A stretch of DNA of 64,000 nucleotides from Nemertoderma westbladi (GCA_032718475.1 JAUCBJ010001340.1:6752-70751); one strand, 5' to 3'. Positions 1 through 9,241 are shown, numbered from the stretch's first letter. Notes: generated from the sequence alone by a model not told the origin. Numbers and translations are program-made.

Positions 1-2
1 AA

Positions 3-2780
3 TCAGTGTATTCTATTCCAGATCGCTGGGCCCTTATAGTCAAAGGAGAGCTGGCCAAATGCGGTGTTTTTCTGTGGGATGACCGCTTTAGTTTGGGGGG
101 CGCGCGTGTCACGTGTGGATGAGGAGAAGTCCACCATTTCCTGTATATAGCTCGGGGTGACGTTATGGTGAGTTTTGTACATGATAGTTGCCAGGTTTTG
201 TTTAATTCGTAGTTTAATGGGTAGCCAGTTAATTTCTCGAAAGTGTGAATTGTCGATGTGGGTGCGATTGTCCAGTCCCAGGCAATACCGGATACATTTC
301 CGTTGTAGGGCCTCCAGTTTGTTTCTCCATAGGATACTAATAGATTGGAACCACACTGGTGATGCATAGTCCATTAGTGGTTGTATTAATGCATTGCATA
401 GTAGGCGGCGTGTATTGTAGTCTAGTACACCGGCAAATCGCCACAGGAACTTTAACCGAGAGTTGCCTTTCTTTATTATTGTTGCAACCATCGATTCACT
501 GTTTAGAGTTTTATCTAATTTGCAACCGAGGTAGTTGACCGAGTCCCTGTTCGCTATTGCTTTCCCATTGCATGTCACATTTAGTGGTTCGTTTATGGCT
601 AAACGTTGTGCTGTTCCAAATAGGATACTTTCGGTTTTACCTAAATGGAGAGTTAGGCGGTTGTCTATGAGCCATGCTTGGGTGCATTCTAGATTCCGTG
701 TTAGTGATTCCGATATGGTTCTTGAGTCTGAGCCAGGGACTAAGTGCGATATGTCGTCTGCGAACATCGGGGTGGGGCAATCAACGGCTTGGTCCGAGTC
801 ATTGGTGTGTGAGAGGAAAAGTAGGATCGCTAAGAGAGTTCCTTGTGGTAAACCGTCATCCAGCGTGCGTTGATCTGAGTCAACCCCCTGTATGGTTACA
901 ACTTGGGATCTGCTTGATAGATAGGATTCAAGCCACGCTATTGCTTTGTTGTCAAAGCCCATGTATTTCAGTTTCATCAATAGTATGTTGCGATTCACCG
1001 TATCATAAGCTTTCTTGAGGTCTATTAACACCATCCCTGTTAACTGGCCACCATCTGCTGCTGATCGGATGACAGTGTCTATAAATATCAAGCATGTTTC
1101 CGTTGAATAGCCTTTACGAAAGGCACTTTGAAGTGCAGATATGATAGAGTTTGATATCAAGTAATGGTACATCTGATCGTAGATTACTTTTTCTATAATC
1201 TTGGAGAGAATAGGTAGTAGAGACACTGGTCTGAAGTTTTCACGTTGAGTTTGTGTGCCCCTTTTATAGATTGGTGCCACTTTGGCTAGTTTCATAGCTG
1301 AGGGAAATTTACATGTTGTTATGGAGATATTTATAATGTGAGTAATTGCTTTTGTCAGCTCAGTGGAACAGTCCTTATATATTTTTGCTGGTATACCATC
1401 AATGCCGGGACTTTTATCGGGATTAAGGTCGCATAAGATACGAGAAACCACATCCTCTTCAGTTTGTTTTAGAGTAAAGCTATCTTTAGTTATTCCCTTA
1501 GATTCATAGTATCTGGCAACTGCAGCCTCACCAAAGCGACCTGTAGGTGGCGGTAATTGGGTTTCCAATTCATTAGCAACACCAGTGAAGTATTCGTTAA
1601 ACGCATCAGCTATTTGTCTAGGGTCAGAAACTAGTTCGGTTCCATTATTGATTGTAAGTGGTCCATTTGATTGGCCTTTCTTTGATGGTAAGCCGAGGTT
1701 TTTGAGGGTCTTCCATAATTGTTTAGAGTTAGTTCTGTTCTCCTTAATTTGTTCTCGTATGTATGTCTGTTTAGTTTCCTTTATGAGTTTGGTGGTGTCA
1801 TTCCTGATTCTCTTGTAATTTGTTTCATTTTCTTCAGTGCGATATTTTCTTGCTGTGGTTAAGGCTTTATTCCTCATAGTTATAGTGTGTAGAAGATTTG
1901 GAGTTAGCCAGGGTTCGGTATGAGTTTTGATTCTGATATCCCGTTTCGGTGCTATAGTGTTGAGGATATTTAAAATCTCAGAGTTTAGAATGTCCACGGC
2001 CTCATCCACGTCATTTATATTGCCAATGTTATTAATTTTACTATTGTTCACAATCATTTCCTTTAGTTTTGGTATGGAGTAGTCTCTGTATGTTCTAGCT
2101 CGGATTATTTTTGGTATGTATTTATGGTTTTTAATTTTCTTCCTGGTGACATATACGATGTAATGATCACTAATGCCGACTTCTATTACTCCAGATGCTG
2201 TAACTTTATTTTCCAGTGCTGAAGTATAAATGTGATCGATAATGGTAGAAGATATCTCAGTAACACGGGTGGGGTCCTTGATTATTTGTTTAAGTCCAGT
2301 AGAGGCACAGAATGAGTCAACTATGTTTTTATTGCTTCGGTCATTACTAGATATGTCTGCATTGACGTCTCCAAGGATATAAATTTCTTTATGGTTAGAT
2401 ACCGTTCCAATAAAAGATTCTAAGGATTTGAAGAATTGAGTTATAGATGACTCTGGAGGTCGATATACCGATCCAATGAGGATTTCTTTGGTGTAGGGCA
2501 TAATGAGAGTTCCAAATACCCCTTCAATATCCATTTGATTCAGTGAAATGCAGGCATTAAATACCAAATCGTCTCTAGTATATATTGCAACCCCTCCCCA
2601 TCCATTCTCATTTCTATCCTTCCTGGTAATTTTATACCCTATGATTTCGACTTCTTTGTCAGATACTGAGTCATCCAACCACGTTTCAGATACAGTTAGT
2701 ATGTGTATTCGAGTATATAGTAGGATCAGTTTCAGTTCTGTTAGTTTTGGTAATAAACTTCTAACATTGAGGTGTAGCAT
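3..2780 (-). CDS. LINE ORF2: APE-type endonuclease + reverse transcriptase (CR1/L2 group, Crack/Daphne-like); frame stays open upstream to 2936
   Basis: 925-aa uninterrupted ORF. EN motifs HLNVRSL, VSETWL, GGVAIY, VYRPP, GDVN, IDHI, SDHY. RT motifs KSPGIDG, NFRPVSLLP, QSAFR, DLKKAYD, LPQG, FADD, YLG. C-terminal LMDYASPVW and WN motifs fit the CR1/L2 group. Clade assigned from motif recognition only. Confidence 0.95.
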   Translation of the reverse strand: MLHLNVRSLLPKLTELKLILLYTRIHILTVSETWLDDSVSDKEVEIIGYKITRKDRNENGWGGVAIYTRDDLVFNACISLNQMDIEGVFGTLIMPYTKEILIGSVYRPPESSITQFFKSLESFIGTVSNHKEIYILGDVNADISSNDRSNKNIVDSFCASTGLKQIIKDPTRVTEISSTIIDHIYTSALENKVTASGVIEVGISDHYIVYVTRKKIKNHKYIPKIIRARTYRDYSIPKLKEMIVNNSKINNIGNINDVDEAVDILNSEILNILNTIAPKRDIRIKTHTEPWLTPNLLHTITMRNKALTTARKYRTEENETNYKRIRNDTTKLIKETKQTYIREQIKENRTNSKQLWKTLKNLGLPSKKGQSNGPLTINNGTELVSDPRQIADAFNEYFTGVANELETQLPPPTGRFGEAAVARYYESKGITKDSFTLKQTEEDVVSRILCDLNPDKSPGIDGIPAKIYKDCSTELTKAITHIINISITTCKFPSAMKLAKVAPIYKRGTQTQRENFRPVSLLPILSKIIEKVIYDQMYHYLISNSIISALQSAFRKGYSTETCLIFIDTVIRSAADGGQLTGMVLIDLKKAYDTVNRNILLMKLKYMGFDNKAIAWLESYLSSRSQVVTIQGVDSDQRTLDDGLPQGTLLAILLFLSHTNDSDQAVDCPTPMFADDISHLVPGSDSRTISESLTRNLECTQAWLIDNRLTLHLGKTESILFGTAQRLAINEPLNVTCNGKAIANRDSVNYLGCKLDKTLNSESMVATIIKKGNSRLKFLWRFAGVLDYNTRRLLCNALIQPLMDYASPVWFQSISILWRNKLEALQRKCIRYCLGLDNRTHIDNSHFREINWLPIKLRIKQNLATIMYKTHHNVTPSYIQEMVDFSSSTRDTRAPQTKAVIPQKNTAFGQLSFDYKGPAIWNRIH

Positions 2781-2936
2781 GTGTATTCCTGGTTTTTCGA
2801 ATATGGGAGTCCATGGGTATATCAGGGTGCCGGTGCTTGGAGGGGGTGAATTTTGGTGTATGTCGTCAGTTGAGATTGACGGATTGTGATTTTGCTCTGT
2901 AGTTTGGTTATGAGTTTGGGTTTGAATGTTAGGTAG

Positions 2937-4037
2937 TCAATCCATTGTTTCTGCATCTGTTGGAGATGGGTGATTGGATGAGCGCCTAGGTAATGAAATT
3001 TTTGCGGCGTCACTGATGGCTCCCCTGTATATAACCCAGTTCTTATTAGGTTCGGCAGATTGTTTGGCCCGGCGTTGTTCGCGAAGTTCATACTGTAGTT
3101 TTCGTTCTGACGCCGTGTAGTCAGGGGTGATGTAGACATTTTGGTAGTGTTCTGATTGTCTTAAGTTTCGAGCACTTCTAAGTAGTTCCATTCGTTTTTC
3201 AATGGGCAAGGTTACAACAATAGACTGTGTTCCATTGTTTTTTGGTTTCCCAACTCTTCTTGTTTTTATGTCTTGTTTAAGTATAATAACGTTTACTGAA
3301 TTAGCTATATCAGCAATCAATGTCTCATCATCAGTGACCGCAGGTGTAGTTCCACTTACTAGAAGATTTCTCTTGCGTTTATTTTGTTCTGATTCCTCAT
3401 CTTTCAGCATTCTAGCAAGTAGAGCTACATTATTGGAAGGTTCATTTTTGTTTTGTTTCAGGGCCGCAGCGTAGTTCATTGGTTGTCCACATGGGACAGT
3501 GGCTGGTTTCTCCGTTGTTTCTTTAAGTTTCAAGTTTATATCGGATTGGTTAGATTCGATATCCTTTAACTTATATTCAATATCACTCTGTAAAGAAGCT
3601 ATTGTTTCACTTGCCAGGTATGTATCTTCCTTTATGCGATGTTCGAGATTGTCAATTTGTTGTTGGAAATCTAGGAATTGCTGATCGGTTAGAGACTTAT
3701 GTTTCTCGAGATCTTTGTTAACCTGAGTCAGTTGTTTTCCCATACAACGTCCACAGCGAAAGTCAACATGTCCGAAGTCTGTTCCTGATTTGGCTATACA
3801 TATCATAAATATGTCACAGCTTGTTCCAGAGCAGCCAACTTCTATCTCAGTGTACCCGTCATCGCGTTTCGATTGAGTTGGTGTTATACCTGTACTGGTC
3901 AACGGTTTACCGATTTTCGGATTTGGAGACCCGTTATTTGGTCTTGTAGCCCTAGTAGTAACGCTGTTTCGACGGATGTTATTCCTTTGTATTTCAACAT
4001 CGTTGGTTCTGTCGTTTCGGTTTCGTTGTGAAGACAT
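2937..4037 (-). CDS. LINE ORF1 (partial PHD-like Cys cluster, coiled coil, RRM/CTD-type C-terminus), ~366 aa from first ATG
   Basis: ATG at 4037 (MSSQRN). CSGTSC...FRCGRC Cys cluster, a heptad-rich segment, and KRKRNLLVSG and NVYITPDYTASERKLQYELR motifs typical of CR1/L2-group ORF1. Lies directly 5' of ORF2. Confidence 0.85.
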   Translation of the reverse strand: MSSQRNRNDRTNDVEIQRNNIRRNSVTTRATRPNNGSPNPKIGKPLTSTGITPTQSKRDDGYTEIEVGCSGTSCDIFMICIAKSGTDFGHVDFRCGRCMGKQLTQVNKDLEKHKSLTDQQFLDFQQQIDNLEHRIKEDTYLASETIASLQSDIEYKLKDIESNQSDINLKLKETTEKPATVPCGQPMNYAAALKQNKNEPSNNVALLARMLKDEESEQNKRKRNLLVSGTTPAVTDDETLIADIANSVNVIILKQDIKTRRVGKPKNNGTQSIVVTLPIEKRMELLRSARNLRQSEHYQNVYITPDYTASERKLQYELREQRRAKQSAEPNKNWVIYRGAISDAAKISLPRRSSNHPSPTDAETMD

Positions 4038-4133
4038 TTCACGGTTCTTTATTAAAGTGATTGCCGAGTAATTTTTATACCAAATACCAATAAACCATAT
4101 ATCAATTATATAATATATAATGTTTATATACAA

Positions 4134-6389
4134 TTATAGGCAGGAGGTCAGGCTGGTAACCGGTACTCGTACTGGTAAGTACGAAATTGCAGAATAACAA
4201 TTTGACACCACTGTTATACCGGTATCTCCTGTGTGGACACGTTGGTGGCGTGTTAGATGGGAACTCCTGGCGAATGATTTACTACAGACGTTGCAACTGT
4301 AGGGTTTATCTCCTGTGTGGATACGTTGGTGGGCTGTTAGATCGGAACTCTGGGTGAATGATTTACTACAGACGTTGCAACTGTAGGGTTTATCTCCTGT
4401 GTGGATACGTTGGTGGGCTGTTAGATCGGAACTCTGGGTGAATGATTTACTACAGACGTTGCAACTGTAGGGTTTATCTCCTGTGTGGATACGTTGGTGG
4501 GCTGTTAGATGGGAACTGTTGGTGAATGATTTACTACAGACGTTGCAACTGTAGGGTTTATCTCCTGTGTGGATACGTTGGTGGGTTGTTAGATCGGAAC
4601 TCCTGGCGAATGATTTACTACAGACGTTGCAACTGTAGGGTTTATCTCCTGTGTGGACACGTTGGTGGGTTGTTAGTTCGCAACTCTGGGTGAATGATTT
4701 ACTACAGACGTTGCAACTGTAGGGTTTATCTCCTGTGTGGATGCGTTGGTGGATTGTTAGATGGGCAGTCTGGGTGAATGATTTACTACAGACGTTACAA
4801 CTGTAGGGTTTATCTCCTGTGTGGATACGTTGGTGGGTTGTTAGATGGGCAGTCTGGGTGAATGATTTACTACAGACGTTACAACGGTAGGGTTTATCTC
4901 CTGTGTGGGTACGACTGTGTTTTATTAGATGGCCGCTCTCTGAGAAAGCTTTGCTACACATAATACATTGGAAGGGTTTCTCCCCAGAGTGAGTGCGTTC
5001 GTGCTCCATTAGTTTGGATTTAAATCGGAACACCTTCCCACAAGAACTGCATCCCAAACTATCAACAGGTTTATCTGAACTGTAACGTTTCTTGGGACCA
5101 GTGGGAACGTTGGAACCCAAACCTGTTGGAGTAGAACCGGGTTCATTGAGTTTCCGTTTTAAATGGGAAACGAGAAAAGATTCCACCGTGTAGACAACGT
5201 CGCAATGTTCGCACGGGAATTTATGCAAACTCATATCGTGAGCTAAATCCAATCTCTTCCTCTCAGCACATCCACCTAGACTACTTTGGTGTCTAATAAT
5301 TGCCTCCTGATTAACAGACTGGTAACTTCCACACCCGGTACACAGAATCATCCCGTCTTCCATAACTTTCATCCCCAATTTCTTATCCTTCGGTTGTTTA
5401 CTAATTAATCCCATTTCTTCCGCGTAACTCGTTCCGTACCAAGTAAGGAGTTCCGTACCGGCTGCAACTGCTTTACAGACCCGATAATATATATCCCCTC
5501 CCAACTGGAACCCACAGAGGGTTTGCTCCTGTTCCCATTTGGCGCAATTTACGTAGCGCATCCAATTCGACTTGCACTCCTGTCTCCCGCTGATGGTAAA
5601 GTATCTACCCTCATCATCCAACAGCAACCAGCTGTAACCGTCGGACTTACCGGATTTAGGTTTACCTGGTTTCCTCTCTCCATCATAAGGACCAAATAAT
5701 GTTCCTGGATTCAAGTCGACCTTGGTAAACACCCCTTTATTATGAATTAGAGATTTCTTTATCTCCAAACACGACGGAAGTGATCTGCTGCCCCGGTTCC
5801 TTCCACCAAGAGTGGTTTCGGTATTCGTTATGAAGTTAAACTCCCCGTGTACCGGACACTGTAATTCGTTATATTCCTCGCCGCAAAGGTCGCAGAATAT
5901 AAACTGGTTAAAGGCCTTAATAGGGCAGTTGCGATTGGCGTAATCGGGGACCCCCTTTCTGGGTCTTAAACCACATCGGGGTTCGAAAGGAGCCGTCGAT
6001 TTAGGAGTTACGATGATATTTAAATGCGACTCAACTGTAGAAGAACCCGAAACCACTGTAACCATTTCTTCTTGCTCAGCTGCTGCGGTCGGACATCCGC
6101 CACTAGAAGTCCTTTCGGTTTCGGAATCAACGCGTCCCAAACTGTTAGCGAGTTTATCGTTGACGAATTCCTCGGTACCTCGTACAGCTGGAGCAACAGT
6201 AACCGAGTGTCTACCAGAACTGACGTCATCAACATTCTCCAACAGATCGATCGCTGGATCAGATAGATTCACATCGGGAATACATTCTAGCTGTTCTTTT
6301 ATTTCCTCGATGGAATTAGTTGGAACGCTAAAAGATGGCGAATTAAAACCTCCTGTTTCCCTGACAATATCGGTCGGAGATAAATTCAC
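4134..6389 (-). CDS. PRDM9: PRDM9/PRDM7-like PR/SET histone methyltransferase with C2H2 zinc-finger array, intronless here, no KRAB visible
   Basis: LRPRKGVPDY resembles the SSXRD LRERK..Y motif. Pre-SET knuckle FCDLC...CPVHG. PR/SET motifs FGPYDG, SNWMRYVNCA, IYYR, ELLTWYG. Post-SET finger CEHC...H, then 10 C2H2 fingers with TGDKPY linkers. Frame is open from 6422; first in-frame ATG is at 6065. The symbol is a family-level call. Confidence 0.8.
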   Translation of the reverse strand: MNLSPTDIVRETGGFNSPSFSVPTNSIEEIKEQLECIPDVNLSDPAIDLLENVDDVSSGRHSVTVAPAVRGTEEFVNDKLANSLGRVDSETERTSSGGCPTAAAEQEEMVTVVSGSSTVESHLNIIVTPKSTAPFEPRCGLRPRKGVPDYANRNCPIKAFNQFIFCDLCGEEYNELQCPVHGEFNFITNTETTLGGRNRGSRSLPSCLEIKKSLIHNKGVFTKVDLNPGTLFGPYDGERKPGKPKSGKSDGYSWLLLDDEGRYFTISGRQECKSNWMRYVNCAKWEQEQTLCGFQLGGDIYYRVCKAVAAGTELLTWYGTSYAEEMGLISKQPKDKKLGMKVMEDGMILCTGCGSYQSVNQEAIIRHQSSLGGCAERKRLDLAHDMSLHKFPCEHCDVVYTVESFLVSHLKRKLNEPGSTPTGLGSNVPTGPKKRYSSDKPVDSLGCSSCGKVFRFKSKLMEHERTHSGEKPFQCIMCSKAFSESGHLIKHSRTHTGDKPYRCNVCSKSFTQTAHLTTHQRIHTGDKPYSCNVCSKSFTQTAHLTIHQRIHTGDKPYSCNVCSKSFTQSCELTTHQRVHTGDKPYSCNVCSKSFARSSDLTTHQRIHTGDKPYSCNVCSKSFTNSSHLTAHQRIHTGDKPYSCNVCSKSFTQSSDLTAHQRIHTGDKPYSCNVCSKSFTQSSDLTAHQRIHTGDKPYSCNVCSKSFARSSHLTRHQRVHTGDTGITVVSNCYSAISYLPVRVPVTSLTSCL
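4224..4908 (-). repeat. 84-bp coding minisatellite, 8 near-identical zinc-finger units
   Basis: Near-invariant GATTTACTACAGACGTTGCAACTGTAGGGTTTATCTCCTGTGTGGA recurs every 84 bp. Differences fall mostly in the recognition-helix codons. Confidence 0.95.
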
Positions 6390-6412
6390 TAAGTTCCCTT
6401 CTGTGGCTGAAA

Positions 6413-6423
6413 GCGGCCATTTT
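6413..6423 (-). promoter_or_regulatory. YY1-like motif AAAATGGCCGC at the GC/AT boundary; its ATG opens a 25-codon out-of-frame ORF (6420-6343)
   Basis: The + strand reads GCGGCCATTTT, matching the YY1 core. A second AAGATGGCG lies on the + strand at 6332-6340. Function is inferred only. Confidence 0.35.
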
Positions 6424-8085
6424 TAATTAATTACCAATGTTATATAAGTTTTAATTGGGTATTACTATTGCCACATATTGTAATCTTATTCGGATAGATA
6501 TATTGATTGATTGTATGAATATTCGCATATCTCGAGATATGGGCGTTATTTTGGGGAACTTATTTAGGATGGAAAATATACCAAATGTTAATCTCTACAA
6601 GTTTCAAACTTGGTATTTATTTACCATGCGGTGTTAATAAAAGTTAGTGTAATCGCCCACATTGAGATCGCAGGTAGGTTATTTTAGGATATTAAAGTCA
6701 TAAAAATTGATAAAAAAATTCACCAAAACAATTATATCTCATCAATTTAAACAATGTCACCACAAAAATTATCCGGAATCAAACAAAAAATATTATGTTT
6801 GGGTCACACGAAAAAATTATCTCAACAACAAAATTGATTGTTCAACACCAAATAAACAAAGAAATGGTCCCCAAAACCAATGATCCATACCGAAATCAAT
6901 CACAAACACCCAAAAATAAACACAAATTTTCTCCAAAAGAAATATATATTCCCAAAAAATAAATACATCACTACACCATGTCCCGTAATATAGTGTCATT
7001 TTCTGATGACACGGACCACCCAAATTTTTCTACAAATCTTTATCATATTGCTTGAAATTTCAAACACCACCAGTTCACCTCACCGTCGCGTCGATGTCGA
7101 CATTATTAGGCGAGTCAATCTAGCCGAAAAAGGGGGTCAACCCATAACAAATTCGCAATTCATCCAAACTAATTTTTTTTTATTCTACATTACCTTGTTA
7201 ATACCCCCAATAAAGTCTATAAAAATATATTATGCGGATCACCTTCAATTTCCTGTTTCTTTCCTTAGCAACAGGGATTTTACATAGCAACAAGGGGTCT
7301 ATTAGTGGGATTTTCTCCAAATTTGGTACAGACCAACTTTACTCTAATGACTATCGATTGACAGAAGTATGCACTTCTATATGGTTACCAATTTAGTTTC
7401 CAGAGCAACAGAAATTTGTCTAATAATTTAACCATTTTTAATATCAATTTTGCTGGTACAATATAAGGAAGCTTATTTACATAACTTATCTACTAAACGG
7501 GTGGATGTAACCTCGCCCATCGGATTTATCGACCTCAGAAACCCTTGTCCCAAAAAAATGTATTTGTTATATGATAAACTATTGTGGTTTTCAAACTAAA
7601 ACAAATAAATAAATTACACCTAAAATCAATAGAGTAATCACAATTTAATTATGTGAAAAATCTTCACTAACATTAATGGAAATTATGATATTTTTCATAA
7701 CGGTTACCTTAATATATCGTGAAGTTTTTGATATATTTAAAAATTTGATGCGACTTCTAGTTTCTGAGATATAGCAATTAATGTGTAACACGCCAGTGTA
7801 AATATTACTAATATCCTATTGAATCACAGCTTATTGTGAAATTAATTAAATTATTCTGGAACATTACCAATTTGCTACTTACTCTTCCCTACTGTTTCTT
7901 TTGTTTGGCTTGTGTTATGCAAATTTACGCAGAATTTCCATGAATAAACATATGATCCGCAAAATAAAATTTTAAAGACTTTTTTTGGTCATTAATAAGG
8001 TAATACAGAATCCAAAATGTGTGGTTCGGATTGATTGCGAAATAGTTGTGGGTTTTTTGTTAGATTGACTCGACTATAAACCATC

Positions 8086-8625
8086 ATTTTCGATTTTGCC
8101 TTAAAAAATTTTTTATAAGCGTTTTAAAAAAGTGTCTTTTGCCATATCGCACCCTCCGTGTCGTGGCCATTCTTCACATTAGTCGTAATTTTTCAATATT
8201 ATTAGAAAGCTTGGGTCGCAAGGATTCGAAATATCTAACAATATCTGAATTTCGTTGAGAAATAGCAGATTGCAATAATTATTGTTCGTTGAAGGTCATT
8301 TATTCTATTTAATAAATACACAATGTTCTGGAACATTTGTTTATGTATGAATTGCTATGCAATAGATATATTGGATAGGAATACCGCTGCTAGCCACCTA
8401 CTCATAAAATAAATAACACGTTCGAGAATTTTGTGTATTAAATAGAATAAATGGTCTACAGCAAAGAATAATTCTTGCAATCTTTGAACGCCTATATCTC
8501 AGCTGTTTCTCAACGAAATTCATATATTGTTACATTGTTGAAGAATGGCCACGATACGGAATGTGCGATTCGCAAAATATATTTTTTTAAATATCTATAA
8601 AAGTTTTAAAGGTAAAATCGAAAAT
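8086..8625. repeat. Long imperfect inverted repeat (foldback/MITE-like), arms ~8086-8350 and ~8402-8625
   Basis: TCGTGGCCATTCTTC pairs with GAAGAATGGCCACGA; GAATTTCGTTGAGAAA with TTTCTCAACGAAATTC; CATTTATTCTATTTAATA with TATTAAATAGAATAAATG; TTTTCGATTTT with AAAATCGAAAA. All are in mirrored order. Confidence 0.8.
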
Positions 8626-9241
8626 TCCGGCTTCATGTTAACAACCACGGTGAGTGGAACTAGTTGTGTTTCAAATTTCAAGCAATATGACAAAGATGTG
8701 TAGAAATTTAAAAAATGTGAAACCATAAATATTAACCGTTGGCATTTATTATGCCTGCCAAACACAACTAAAGTTAAGGAAAGAAGCAGTTTATATACTA
8801 GGTTGTACTTTCTAACAAAAACAATGTACGATAGATATGCTTTAACAATGTTGGGAAAAAAACCAGGATACAAAGAAGGGCTTTTCTAACCAAAACAATA
8901 AACGATAGCATTAAAAATAGAAAAATGAGCAGGTTACAGTGTTCGGATACTATAATATACAAATGAATAAACATATAAAGATAAACCTTTTTAAGGTTAA
9001 TGAATAATTAATAAAATTTAATGAATAAAGTTCCATAAAATATTCGAAGAAACATCATATTTGGTATCGTTTTTGGTTTGAAAGCGAATTAAAATTGGGG
9101 TACAAATAATTGTTTTGGGTACCGGTATGAGTAATTTAATGATTTTAGGGATGAGATATTTAGATTAGGGGATGTAAATTGGTGCTGCAGAAAAATATTT
9201 GTGCTAAATAATTAAATTTCTGGGGCCGTATTCATGAAAGT

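Larger units (their letters stand above)
1..4223 (-). mobile_element. Apparently intact non-LTR retrotransposon (CR1/L2 group); 3' UTR is outside the window; 5' end is either ~4223 or ~6424
   Basis: ORF1 and ORF2 have no internal stops or frameshifts. About 185 bp lie between the end of the zinc-finger repeat and the ORF1 ATG. Confidence 0.85.

Noticed and set aside
2822-3139. 105-aa minus-strand ORF overlapping the ORF1/ORF2 junction as a frameshift bridge
   Set aside because: It has no recognisable motifs and ends at 2822. ORF1 and ORF2 are already in the same frame, so no bridge is needed.
175-6426. Plus-strand ORFs opposite the LINE and PRDM ORFs, and similar ones opposite the RTE and BEL genes
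   Set aside because: Antisense shadows of real coding sequence with no independent motifs.
7255-7560. Cluster of RFX X-box-like motifs (e.g. GTTTCCAGAGCAAC at 7396-7409) as a germline promoter for the PRDM gene
   Set aside because: Such motifs together with CCAAATTTGGTACA are common in degraded invertebrate interspersed repeats. There is no transcript evidence.
6455-8873. Short ORFs in the AT-rich spacer as upstream KRAB exons
   Set aside because: No KRAB-like sequence is recognisable, and the translations are low-complexity and AT-biased.
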